Shown here piece by piece: positions 47,742-56,620 of a stretch of DNA of 64,000 bases; the first letter of the stretch is position 1, and every line of letters begins with the position of its first letter. This DNA comes from an uncultured bacterium. Lineage in GTDB: Bacteria; Krumholzibacteriota; Krumholzibacteriia; Krumholzibacteriales; Krumholzibacteriaceae. The DNA is taken from the NCBI GenBank assembly GCA_963813815.1, contig CAWFAD010000012.1, forward strand, positions 64,001 through 128,000, written 5' to 3'. Position numbers and translations under genes: made by a program. Below the pieces are notes generated by a model that was not told the origin of the DNA, searched no databases, and was given only the letters and a program-made list of their open reading frames with translations.

Positions 47742-49619
47742 TCACCTCTCTATCGCGTCGAATTTGCAGACGTCCCAGCAGGCGCCGCACTTGATGCAAC
47801 GCGCCTCGTCGATCACGTGGACCTCTTTCGGCTTTCCGCTGATACAGCCCGACGGGCACGGCTTGAAGCAGGCGTGGCACCCCGTGCACCGCCCGGTCTC
47901 GATCCGGTACCGCAGGAGCGGCTTGCACACTCCGGCGGGGCACCGTTTGTCGCGGATGTGAGCCTCGATCTCGTCCCTGAAATAGCGGATCACGGTCAGC
48001 ACCGGATTCGGGGCGGAGCCGCCGAGCGCGCAGAGCGAGGTCGCGGCCACGTTCCCCGCGATCTCCTCGAGGAGCGCCACGTCACCCCGCTTCCCCTTCC
48101 CCCCGGCTATCCGGTTCAATATCTCGAGAAGCGCGCGGAGCCCCTCGCGGCACGGAAGGCACTTCCCGCACGATTCATCCTTCAGAAAGTCTATGAAATA
48201 CCGGGCGACGTCCACCATGCAGGTGTTCTCGTCCATGACGATCATGCCGCCGGATCCCATCATCGATCCCGCCTCCGCGAGGCGGTCGAAATCGACCGGC
48301 AGGTCGAGCATCGACTCGGGGAGCACCCCTCCCGACGGCCCGCCCGTCTGCACCGCCTTGAACTTCTTTCCGTTCGGCACGCCCCCGCCGATGTCGAAGA
48401 TAATTTCGCGGAGCGTCGTTCCCATCGGCACCTCGACGAGACCGGTGTTCACGACCTTGCCCACGAGCGAGAATATCTTGGTCCCCTTGCTCCCGCCCCA
48501 GGGGCTCTCGCTCACGTCGCCGACCCCTATCGAGGTGTACCAGTCGACGCCCCCGAGAACGATCTTCGGCACGTTGGCCCACGTCTCGACGTTGTTGAGC
48601 ACGGTCGGCATCTCAAAGAGCCCCTTCTCGACCGTGTGAACGTACTTCGCGCGCGGCTCCCCGGGTTTCCCCTCGAGGGACGCCATGAGCGCGGTCGATT
48701 CGCCGCAGACGAACGCCCCACCCCCGCGCGATATGCCGATATCGAAGGAGAAATCGCTCCCGAGGATGCGCCGGCCGAGGAGACCGCATTCGCGTGCCTG
48801 CGCGAGCGCGATCGTGAGCGACTCGAGGGCCAGCGGATATTCATGGCGAACGTAGATGTATCCCTCGCTCGCCCCGACGGCGTACGCGCCGATGATCATC
48901 CCCTCGATGACGCTGTGCGGATTTCCCTCGCAGACGCTGCGGTCCATGAACGCGCCCGGATCGCCCTCGTCGGCGTTGCAGATGACGTATTTCCGCTCGC
49001 CCCGCGCCCGCCGCGCGGTGCTCCACTTGACGCCGGCCGGAAACCCCCCACCTCCCCGCCCGCGGAGCCCCGAGCGCGTTATCGTCTCGATGACCTTCCG
49101 CGGGTTCGCTCCCTCGAGCGCGCGCCGGAGCGCCTGATACCCGTCGAGCGCGATGTAGTCCCGAATGTCCGTCGGATCGATCCTCGAGTTGTCGCCGAGC
49201 ACGAGGCGAAGCTGCTTGCGGTAGTAAGGCACCTCGTCCTCGATCTCGACGCGCCGTTTGCTTCGCGGGTCGAGATAGAGGAGGCGCTCGACGACCTCGC
49301 CGCGCGCGAGCGTCTTCTCGACGATCTCGGGCACGTCGGAGGGCCGCACCTGCGTATAGAGGATCCGCCGGGGATGAATGACGACGAGGGCGCCCTTCTC
49401 GCAGAAGCCGTGGCAACCGGTGGCCTTGACCTCGACGTGGCGCAGCCGCGCTTTGGCGACCTCGCGTCTCATGGCTTCGTGGACGTGGACCGAGTCGCAG
49501 GCGCGGCAGCCCGTGTCCGTGCAGATGCCGACGGTGACGGCCCCCGCTGGGCGCTGCTCGATGATCTGCTTCTTGAACCTATCGAGGCTGCCGTATGAAC
49601 GAAGCTTCGAGAGTTTCAG
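47742..49619 (-). CDS. NuoF/HydB-like NAD(H)/FMN subunit (BfuB-like), copy 2; probable CTG start
   Basis: CTDTGC...GCHGFC, SGLRGRGGGGF, CNADEGDPGAFMDR, GAFVCGES, GGPSGG, ESCGKCLPCREG, HIRDKRCPAGVC and 2x4Fe-4S; GGAGGT lies 5 nt before the CTG at 49619. Confidence 0.9.
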   Translation of the reverse strand: MKLSKLRSYGSLDRFKKQIIEQRPAGAVTVGICTDTGCRACDSVHVHEAMRREVAKARLRHVEVKATGCHGFCEKGALVVIHPRRILYTQVRPSDVPEIVEKTLARGEVVERLLYLDPRSKRRVEIEDEVPYYRKQLRLVLGDNSRIDPTDIRDYIALDGYQALRRALEGANPRKVIETITRSGLRGRGGGGFPAGVKWSTARRARGERKYVICNADEGDPGAFMDRSVCEGNPHSVIEGMIIGAYAVGASEGYIYVRHEYPLALESLTIALAQARECGLLGRRILGSDFSFDIGISRGGGAFVCGESTALMASLEGKPGEPRAKYVHTVEKGLFEMPTVLNNVETWANVPKIVLGGVDWYTSIGVGDVSESPWGGSKGTKIFSLVGKVVNTGLVEVPMGTTLREIIFDIGGGVPNGKKFKAVQTGGPSGGVLPESMLDLPVDFDRLAEAGSMMGSGGMIVMDENTCMVDVARYFIDFLKDESCGKCLPCREGLRALLEILNRIAGGKGKRGDVALLEEIAGNVAATSLCALGGSAPNPVLTVIRYFRDEIEAHIRDKRCPAGVCKPLLRYRIETGRCTGCHACFKPCPSGCISGKPKEVHVIDEARCIKCGACWDVCKFDAIER

Positions 49620-49690
49620 AGACGACCTCCGGCCGATATGAGCAATAAAGATAAACTGAATAAATAAGAAATCCCTGACGGTGTCAAGGG

Positions 49691-51670
49691 CTAGGGAGCG
49701 ATGGTGAGAAGCACCTGATCCTTCTCGACCGAGGTGCCGGGGGCGACCTTGAGCGCCTTGACGGTGCCGTTCATGCCGGACGTGAGGTTGTTCTGCATCT
49801 TCATGGCCTCGAGGATGACGAGAACGTCCCCCTCCTTGACCTTGTCGCCGACCTTCACCTCGAACTGCACCACCATTCCCGGCATAGGGGCTATGACCGA
49901 ATATTCGCCGTTCGAGGACGCCGGGGCGTCGTTCTTCGCGCCCTTCGGCTTCGCCTCGTCCTTCTGCGGTTTCGGTTCCTCTTTCTTCTCGTTTTCCTTC
50001 TTCTCCGTCTCGGCCGGAGTCGACGGCTCCTTGCGAACGAGAGGCTGCGTCTCGCCGACCGCGACGACGCGCGGCTTGCCGCCTATCTCCTCGACGTCGA
50101 CGCTGTATCGCTCCCCGCTGACCGAGACGCTGAAGGTGCGGATGGCCGAGCCGCCCGATCCGCTCGCCGCCGGGGCCTTCTCGACAAGCTGGCCCTTGAG
50201 CGCCTTCTCGATCGTCTCGTTCTCGCGTTTGACGTCCTCGATCGTTTTCGCTTTCGTCTCCGGGGGCGCCTGCTCCTTGCCGTACTTCCAGCGCAGGAAA
50301 CGCAGCCCCGTCGTCGGATACATCGCGTAGACGAGGATGTCCCGCTCGTTTTTCGCGATATCTTTCGTCGCCTCGCGCGCCTTGTCCATCTCGGGCTCGA
50401 GGGTATCGGCCGCGCGGCACGTGATGGGCTTCTCGCCGCGCGGATAGCCATGGAGCACGATCCGCTGGATGCGCGGATCGATGGGGGCCGGCGGTTTGCC
50501 GTAGAGGCCGTAGACGTAGTCCTTCACCTGGCTCGAGATCATCTTGTACCGGCCGAAAAGGACGTTCTGGACGGCCTGCGTCCCGACGATCTGGCTCGTC
50601 GGGGTCACGAGCGGCGGGTACCCGAGCTCCTTGCGCGTGCGCGGCAGCTCCTCGTACACCTCGCCTATGCGGTCGAGGGCGTCCGCCTCCTTGAGCTGGC
50701 TCATGAGGTTCGTGAGCATGCCGCCGGGTATCTGGTGATCGAGCACCCCGGTATCGATGATCGACATCTTCGTCGAATCGAGGAACTGCCGGTACTTGGG
50801 AGCGATCGACTCGAGGTACTGCGCCACCTCGTAGAGCTTCTCGAGATCGAGCCCGGGGTCGCGCATCTTTCCCTTGAGAGCCGCGACGATCGGCTCCACG
50901 GCCGGCTCGCTCGTGCGGAGACCGAACGGCGACACGGCGCAATCGACAATGTCGACCCCCGCCTCGATCGCCTTGAGATAGGTCATCGACGCCATGCCGC
51001 TCGTGTAATGGCAGTGAAGCTGGAGCGGGATCTTCACGACCCGTTTGAGGGCCTGAATGAGCTCGTAGGCGTCATACGGGTTGAGAAGGCCGGCCATGTC
51101 CTTGATGCAGATCGAATCCGCCCCCATCTCCTTGAGTGCCTTGGCCTTCTCGACGTAATAGCGGAGATTGTATACCTTGCCGCCGATCTTCGACCCTGTG
51201 AGCGAGAAGGAGATGGTGCCCTGAATGTGCTTTTTCGCCTTCTTGATCGCCTTGAACGAGGCCACGAAGTTGCGCTCGTCGTTCAGCGCGTCGAACACGC
51301 GGAAGATGTCGACGCCGGCCTCGGCCGATTCGGCCACGAACGCATCGACCACGTCGTCGGCGTAGTTGCGGTAACCGACGAGATTCTGGCCTCGAAGCAG
51401 CATCTGAAGCGGCGTTTTCTTCACGCGCTTCTTGAGCTCGACGAGCCGGTCCCATGGATCCTCGTTGAGAAAGCGCGTCGCGACGTCGAACGTCGCCCCG
51501 CCCCATACCTCGAGGGCATGAAATCCGATCCGGTCCAGCCGCTCGGCGATGGGAAGCATGTCCTCCGTCCGCATCCTCGTCGCGAGCGTGGACTGGTGCC
51601 CGTCCCTGAGCGTGGTATCGGTGATCTTTACGGATGTGAAGGCCTTGAGAATTCTGGCCCGATTCGGCAT
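49691..51670 (-). CDS. Pyruvate carboxylase subunit B / oxaloacetate decarboxylase alpha (carboxyltransferase + biotinyl domain)
   Basis: DTTLRDGHQS, EVWGGATFD, LLRGQNLVGY, IKDMAG, LHCHYT, PPLVTPTSQIVG and the EAMKM biotin site. Confidence 0.92.
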   Translation of the reverse strand: MPNRARILKAFTSVKITDTTLRDGHQSTLATRMRTEDMLPIAERLDRIGFHALEVWGGATFDVATRFLNEDPWDRLVELKKRVKKTPLQMLLRGQNLVGYRNYADDVVDAFVAESAEAGVDIFRVFDALNDERNFVASFKAIKKAKKHIQGTISFSLTGSKIGGKVYNLRYYVEKAKALKEMGADSICIKDMAGLLNPYDAYELIQALKRVVKIPLQLHCHYTSGMASMTYLKAIEAGVDIVDCAVSPFGLRTSEPAVEPIVAALKGKMRDPGLDLEKLYEVAQYLESIAPKYRQFLDSTKMSIIDTGVLDHQIPGGMLTNLMSQLKEADALDRIGEVYEELPRTRKELGYPPLVTPTSQIVGTQAVQNVLFGRYKMISSQVKDYVYGLYGKPPAPIDPRIQRIVLHGYPRGEKPITCRAADTLEPEMDKAREATKDIAKNERDILVYAMYPTTGLRFLRWKYGKEQAPPETKAKTIEDVKRENETIEKALKGQLVEKAPAASGSGGSAIRTFSVSVSGERYSVDVEEIGGKPRVVAVGETQPLVRKEPSTPAETEKKENEKKEEPKPQKDEAKPKGAKNDAPASSNGEYSVIAPMPGMVVQFEVKVGDKVKEGDVLVILEAMKMQNNLTSGMNGTVKALKVAPGTSVEKDQVLLTIAP

Positions 51671-51709
51671 ACAGCAAACCCTTCAAAAAGGTTTCGGCGG
51701 AGCCCCTGA

Positions 51710-51910
51710 TTATATGATCGAGAATCTCCTCGGGCTCATCCGTGCCGGATTCGCCCGCACGGCCAGCGCCATCTTCGACATCGTTTCCCGGCGCCCGGCC
51801 ATTTTCCAGGGGCTCAGCTTCTGCCCGAACCTTCTCTCGTCGTTATTTTCCAGTTCTATGTATGCATCCACGGCCGCCGTGATGACGGCGAGCGTCCTCG
51901 TGTCGAGCAT
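51710..51910 (-). CDS. Small OadG / carboxylase accessory (epsilon-like) subunit
   Basis: LAVITAAVDAY...SPWKMAGRRE pattern typical of biotin-(de)carboxylase accessory peptides; GGAGG RBS; directly upstream of the carboxyltransferase. Confidence 0.65.
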   Translation of the reverse strand: MLDTRTLAVITAAVDAYIELENNDERRFGQKLSPWKMAGRRETMSKMALAVRANPARMSPRRFSII

Positions 51911-52054
51911 CCTCGTTCCTCCCGGTTACGGGAAAAGATAACCCCGCCGTTTTGCGGGTGTCAATCCAAAAAATGCCCGCCCGCCCGACGGCGCCAAACA
52001 CATAATAATTTATCAAATAATCAATTAGCTCGGTGCGAGCCCGGCAGGCTGGTT

Positions 52055-52077
52055 AAAAAGCCCGCCGCGGGGGCTTT
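52055..52077 (-). terminator. Terminator after tRNA-Phe
   Basis: aaagccc...gggcttt stem with an A-run that gives a U-tract on the minus strand. Confidence 0.55.
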
Positions 52078-52081
52078 GAAA

Positions 52082-52157
<76 letters not shown>

Positions 52158-52199
52158 ACGGGCGTTAATCTTATTGGAAAAACACCAATTGTCAATGAA

Positions 52200-52919
52200 T
52201 TATTGCTTTGAAGGCCCTCGGCGGGGGCGTCTCGCGGCGTGCTCGGAGGCCTCGATATCGAGCATCCGCTTGCCGCCGACGTACTCCCGGGATGCCGGGC
52301 GCGTGATACCCGGCAGGCGCTCGGCGATGCGCTGAATGCGGGAAATTTCGCGCTCGATGCTGCGAAGCTTCCTCACGGCTCCCGCGTCCAGGCGGTCGCT
52401 CTCCATGAGAAGAAGCTGCGTGTTGCCGAGAATGGCGCAGAGCGGGTTATTGATGGCGTGGCTCAGCCCGACCGCTATCTCGGAGAGGGCGGCGAGACGC
52501 TCCGCCTCGAGGAGCTTGCCCTGAAACCGCTTCACGTCCCGGAGATCGGAGATGACGCAGAGAACCCCCGCGAGACCGCCGCGGCCCCTGCGGAGAGGAG
52601 AAACGACGAGTCGAACCGGGATATCGCCGCCCCTCTTCGAACGTATCTTCGTTATGAAGCCGTCCGCCTCGTACCGTCCCCGCTCCCGCAGGATGCGCGT
52701 GATGTAGCGCAGCTGGGAAACGCTCATGAGGGCGTTCGCCCGGCGCCGCTCCACTTCCGAACGGCCGTAGCCGGTGAGCTCCTCCGCCGCGCCGTTCATC
52801 ATGATGACGCGGAGCCCCGTGTCGAGCGACAGGAGGGCCGCGGGAAAGCTCTCGAACACCCCGGCGAGGTAGTCCCTCGTCTCGCGTCTGCCCGGCTTAT
52901 GCTTCGTTGCCGTCTCCAT
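52200..52919 (-). CDS. PAS + HisKA protein lacking the ATPase domain
   Basis: PAS (MNGAAEELTGY), ERLAALSEIAVGLSHAINNPL H-box; the ORF ends shortly after with no N/G1/G2 boxes. Confidence 0.8.
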   Translation of the reverse strand: METATKHKPGRRETRDYLAGVFESFPAALLSLDTGLRVIMMNGAAEELTGYGRSEVERRRANALMSVSQLRYITRILRERGRYEADGFITKIRSKRGGDIPVRLVVSPLRRGRGGLAGVLCVISDLRDVKRFQGKLLEAERLAALSEIAVGLSHAINNPLCAILGNTQLLLMESDRLDAGAVRKLRSIEREISRIQRIAERLPGITRPASREYVGGKRMLDIEASEHAARRPRRGPSKQ

Positions 52920-52967
52920 GCGGTACGACCCGTTCCGGCCGCCGCGGCCCGTCGCCGCGGCGCTCCC

Positions 52968-53378
52968 TCAGCGCGCCTCGGCGACGCCGCGGCGCTCCAT
53001 GTGGATGGCGATGCGCTCAATCAGACGCTTCATGTCGAAGGGCTTGTACATGAACTCGTCGGCCTTCGACCACGTCTTGAGAAAATCCTCGCGCTCGGGG
53101 CTCGCGACCTTGCGCGCGGTGAGGACGAGGATCGGGAATGGATCGACCTTCCCCTGCTCCATCTCCTCCTTGAGAATGCGCGAAACCTCGTAGCCGTTCT
53201 TGCCCGGAAGCATGATGTCGAGCAGCATGAGGTCGATCTGCTCTTTTCGGGCCTTCCGCAGCGCGTGCAGACCGTCGTGCGCGACGTCCACCGTGAATCC
53301 CTTGACCTCGAGGCTGTACTTCACGGTCTCGATGATGTCCACGTCGTCCTCGACGATGAGGACCCGGTACCCTTTCAT
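52968..53378 (-). CDS. Single-domain response regulator
   Basis: VLIVEDD, LLDIMLPGKNG, VLTA and MYKPFD motifs. Confidence 0.9.
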   Translation of the reverse strand: MKGYRVLIVEDDVDIIETVKYSLEVKGFTVDVAHDGLHALRKARKEQIDLMLLDIMLPGKNGYEVSRILKEEMEQGKVDPFPILVLTARKVASPEREDFLKTWSKADEFMYKPFDMKRLIERIAIHMERRGVAEAR

Positions 53379-55336
53379 TCGACTTCTCCTTTCAGTGCAA
53401 CGACCGTCGCTTCGGGCTCGAGCGCGGCGAGCGCCGCGGCGACGAGATCCCGCAGATCTATTCCATCCCTGCGGGCGACCGAGCGTCCGGCCCGGATGCC
53501 CGAGGGAAGCGCGAGCGTGCCGCGTTCCCGCGCGCTGACGCCGAGGGCGAGAGACTCGCCCAGCGGCCAGACGAGGAGCTCCTCATCGTGCGGCTCGCTG
53601 CGATGGGGATTGACCGCCGCCCCGCCCCTCGCGGGCGCCAGTGCCTTCTCCCAGGGCTCCTTCCCCGGCTTCTCGAAACAGTACACGACGGGCATGAGCC
53701 CGAGGCTCATCATCTCCTCGAAACGCATCTCGGCCGTCCGGTACTGCTGGATGACCCGGAACGTCGCTCCGTCGGCGGGCAGATACAGGTGCACGGCGCT
53801 GCCGCCGACGACTCCCTCCTCGATGACGAGCGACCCCCCCTGAAGCCGGATGAGCCGCTGCGCCACGCGGAGCCCGAGCCCCTGCGAGGCGCGAATGGGC
53901 CGGTACGCCGTCTGAGCGGACCGGTTCGCGCGGCGCGCCACCTCTTCCGGTATGCCTCCGCCCGTGTCGCGAACGCAGAGATCAGCGAACGTCAGCGTTC
54001 CCACGCGTCCGAGGAGCGGCCCGGGGAGAAAGAGAGCCGGACAACCGGCGCAGGGGATGACGGTGATCGAGACGGTCCCTCCCGAGGGGACGTGCTTGAT
54101 GCTGTTCGCGAGCAGGTTCTGGATGACCTGCTCGAGCCGGTCGCGATCGAAGGCGAGCCGGTCTGCGTCGCCGTCGACGAACACCATAAAATCGATCCCC
54201 TTCCTCTTCAGCGGCTCGACGAAGAGGGAGGACGCGTCCTCGATGAACGGCCGTATGTCGTGGAGCTCGATCCGCAGCGCCCGCTCGTCGATGCGCGCGC
54301 CGGAGGAATCGATGAGGCCGTCGACGAGCATGCCGAGCCGCTCGACCGTCCGGAGCGAGTTGGCGAGAAAACGCCCCGCGACCGGCTCGCCGCCGCCGCG
54401 GCCCGGGTCTTCCTCCGACTCGGCCACGATCGTGAGCGAGTTCTTGAGCGCCGTGAGCGGCGTGCGCAGCTCGTGCGCGACCATGGCGATCATTTCCTCG
54501 CGCATTTCGGCCTGCTCGCGCGCGGGGGTCGCGTCCCGGACGAGCATGAGCGCGCCGACGCCCTCGGCCAGCCCTTCGACGCGGGCGCAGGAAACGGACA
54601 GATAGCGTTCGGGCGCGATCGATCCCTTGAGCTCGCGATCGACGACCTCGCGCTGGAGTATGTTGAACTCATCCCAGATGCCCTGAAGGCTGAAGAGCGA
54701 CCGGGAGCCGATTCCTCCGACGGTGTCGGGCATCTCGTCACGGATTCCCAGGATCTCCGCGAAGGCCCGGTTCGATCCGACGATGGCCCCCTCCGGCGAC
54801 ACGAGAGCGGCTCCGAGGGGAATGGCGGCGAGAAAACGCTCCAGTATGTCCCGCTCCCCCCCCACGCGATAAACGAGCGGCGAGCGCTCCCCTTCCTCCT
54901 CGGCGAGCCCGCGAAGCGAGGCGATGTCGTCCCTTCCGAACGCCTCCTTGCGAACGCTCCCGAGGTAGAGCACGCCTCGCACCTTCGAGCCGAAAGCGAG
55001 CGGCACGAGGAAATAGCTCTCGATCCTCGGATTGCCGAGAAGATAGAGGACGGCCGGCTCGCTTCGCCGGTACATGATCCACTCGAGATGCTCGCGCTCC
55101 GGTTCGAGGCCGTTCGTGAACATGCGGTAGCTCGAGCGGACCTTCTCTCGAATCTCCTGGACCCGCGAGGCGAGCTCGCGGTTCTCGCACAGTATGTAGA
55201 CGAGCTCGCGCTCCCGCGCCGTGCAGAAGGCGCAGTACTCCGCCTGCATGCGCTCCATGATCTCGAGGAGAACCGCGCGCATTCCCTCGTCGTTTCCGAC
55301 CGCCTTGAGGAGCCGTATTTTGAGCGTCTCGTCCAT
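53375..55336 (-). CDS. Sensor histidine kinase (GAF + PAS + HisKA + HATPase)
   Basis: VAHELRTPLT, QVIQNLLANSIKH, VRDTGGGIP and GLGL motifs. Confidence 0.88.
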   Translation of the reverse strand: MDETLKIRLLKAVGNDEGMRAVLLEIMERMQAEYCAFCTARERELVYILCENRELASRVQEIREKVRSSYRMFTNGLEPEREHLEWIMYRRSEPAVLYLLGNPRIESYFLVPLAFGSKVRGVLYLGSVRKEAFGRDDIASLRGLAEEEGERSPLVYRVGGERDILERFLAAIPLGAALVSPEGAIVGSNRAFAEILGIRDEMPDTVGGIGSRSLFSLQGIWDEFNILQREVVDRELKGSIAPERYLSVSCARVEGLAEGVGALMLVRDATPAREQAEMREEMIAMVAHELRTPLTALKNSLTIVAESEEDPGRGGGEPVAGRFLANSLRTVERLGMLVDGLIDSSGARIDERALRIELHDIRPFIEDASSLFVEPLKRKGIDFMVFVDGDADRLAFDRDRLEQVIQNLLANSIKHVPSGGTVSITVIPCAGCPALFLPGPLLGRVGTLTFADLCVRDTGGGIPEEVARRANRSAQTAYRPIRASQGLGLRVAQRLIRLQGGSLVIEEGVVGGSAVHLYLPADGATFRVIQQYRTAEMRFEEMMSLGLMPVVYCFEKPGKEPWEKALAPARGGAAVNPHRSEPHDEELLVWPLGESLALGVSARERGTLALPSGIRAGRSVARRDGIDLRDLVAAALAALEPEATVVALKGEVE

Positions 55337-55645
55337 AATTCGATGATGGCCGCGTGGGGCGCTCCCGCGCCCTCGGCCCCTCTTTTCCCATTCACAGTGG
55401 CCCGGGGAGGTCCCCCGGCGAACATCTTACGCGATGCCAAAACGCAACTTACATGCCACGGACCTTGCCGCCGCGCACCCCGGCGCTTCTCCCGCGAACC
55501 GCCGGGATGCAACCTTTTAATCGATTGATATTATTGCGGATAAATAGAAAGCGAAGCCGCGGGGGACGGCATTGCGCCTTCACGGGTGCGCCCGGTCTGG
55601 GTCACAGCCGCTTCGGAACGCTGGCAAGAAAGTTTCCAGGAGAAA

Positions 55646-56620
55646 TCAGGACTCGTAGCCGTCGGGAAAGCGTTCCTTCCACGCGAACGCGTCCCGGATG
55701 ATCTCCTCGATCCCGGGATGGAAGCGCTTCCAGCCGAGCAGGCGCTCGGCCTTCTCGGAAGAGGCGACGAGCGCGGCCGGATCGCCGGGCCGGCGCTCGC
55801 CGACCCGGTACGGCACCTTGAGCTTCGTCACGCGCTCGGCGGCGCGCACGACCTCGAGCACGCTGAATCCCCTGCCGTTCCCGAGGTTGAGAACGCCGGC
55901 GTGTCCGGCGACGAGCTTTTCGAGACCGAGAAGGTGCGCCGTCGCGAGATCCTTTACGTGGATATAATCCCTGACGCAGGTTCCGTCGCACGTCGGGTAA
56001 TCGCCGCCGTAGACGACGAGCGCGTCGCGCCTGCCGAGAGCGACGTCGAGCACGAGCGGGATGAGGTGCGTCTCGGGGCGGTGATCCTCGCCGTGGCTCC
56101 GCCCGGCTCCCGCGGCGTTGAAGTAGCGGAGCGAAAGAGATCGGAGCCCCCACGCCACCCCGCAGTCGGCGAGCATCCGCTCGATGCCGAGCTTCGTGTT
56201 GCCGTAGGCGTTCAGCGGACGAAGCGAAGCCTCCTCGGGGATGGGAACCGCGTCCGGCTCGCCGTACACGGCCGCGGAGGACGAGAACAGAAAGTATTTC
56301 ACGCTGCGCGCCCGCATGGCGTCGAGAAGCGAAATCGCGCCGGAAATGTTGTTGCGGTAGTACTTGATCGGATCGGCGACCGATTCGGCCACCTGCGAGA
56401 AGGCCGCGAAGTGGCACACCGCGTCGACGCCGTCGAGAGCCGAGGCGAGAAACCCGCCGTCGAGGAGATCCCCCTCGCGGAAGGAAACGCGCTCGTCCAC
56501 GGCGCCCCGGTGCCCCGTCGAAAGGTTGTCGACGACGATCACCTCGTGCTTCGCCTCGAGCAGATGCTCGGTGACGACGCTCCCGATATAACCCGCTCCG
56601 CCGGTCACGAGGATTCGCAT
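55646..56620 (-). CDS. galE: UDP-glucose 4-epimerase
   Basis: [40 protein letters not shown] and DGTCVRDYIHV motifs. Confidence 0.93.
   Translation of the reverse strand: MRILVTGGAGYIGSVVTEHLLEAKHEVIVVDNLSTGHRGAVDERVSFREGDLLDGGFLASALDGVDAVCHFAAFSQVAESVADPIKYYRNNISGAISLLDAMRARSVKYFLFSSSAAVYGEPDAVPIPEEASLRPLNAYGNTKLGIERMLADCGVAWGLRSLSLRYFNAAGAGRSHGEDHRPETHLIPLVLDVALGRRDALVVYGGDYPTCDGTCVRDYIHVKDLATAHLLGLEKLVAGHAGVLNLGNGRGFSVLEVVRAAERVTKLKVPYRVGERRPGDPAALVASSEKAERLLGWKRFHPGIEEIIRDAFAWKERFPDGYES

Noticed and set aside
39630..49619. Selenocysteine recoding in the Hdr/Mvh-like redox genes
   Set aside because: I saw no in-frame TGA at Cys positions; the interruptions are frameshifts.
47742..50942. 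1066-aa NuoF with a long N-terminal extension
   Set aside because: The extension overlaps the carboxyltransferase gene in another frame; homology and the RBS place the start near 49619.
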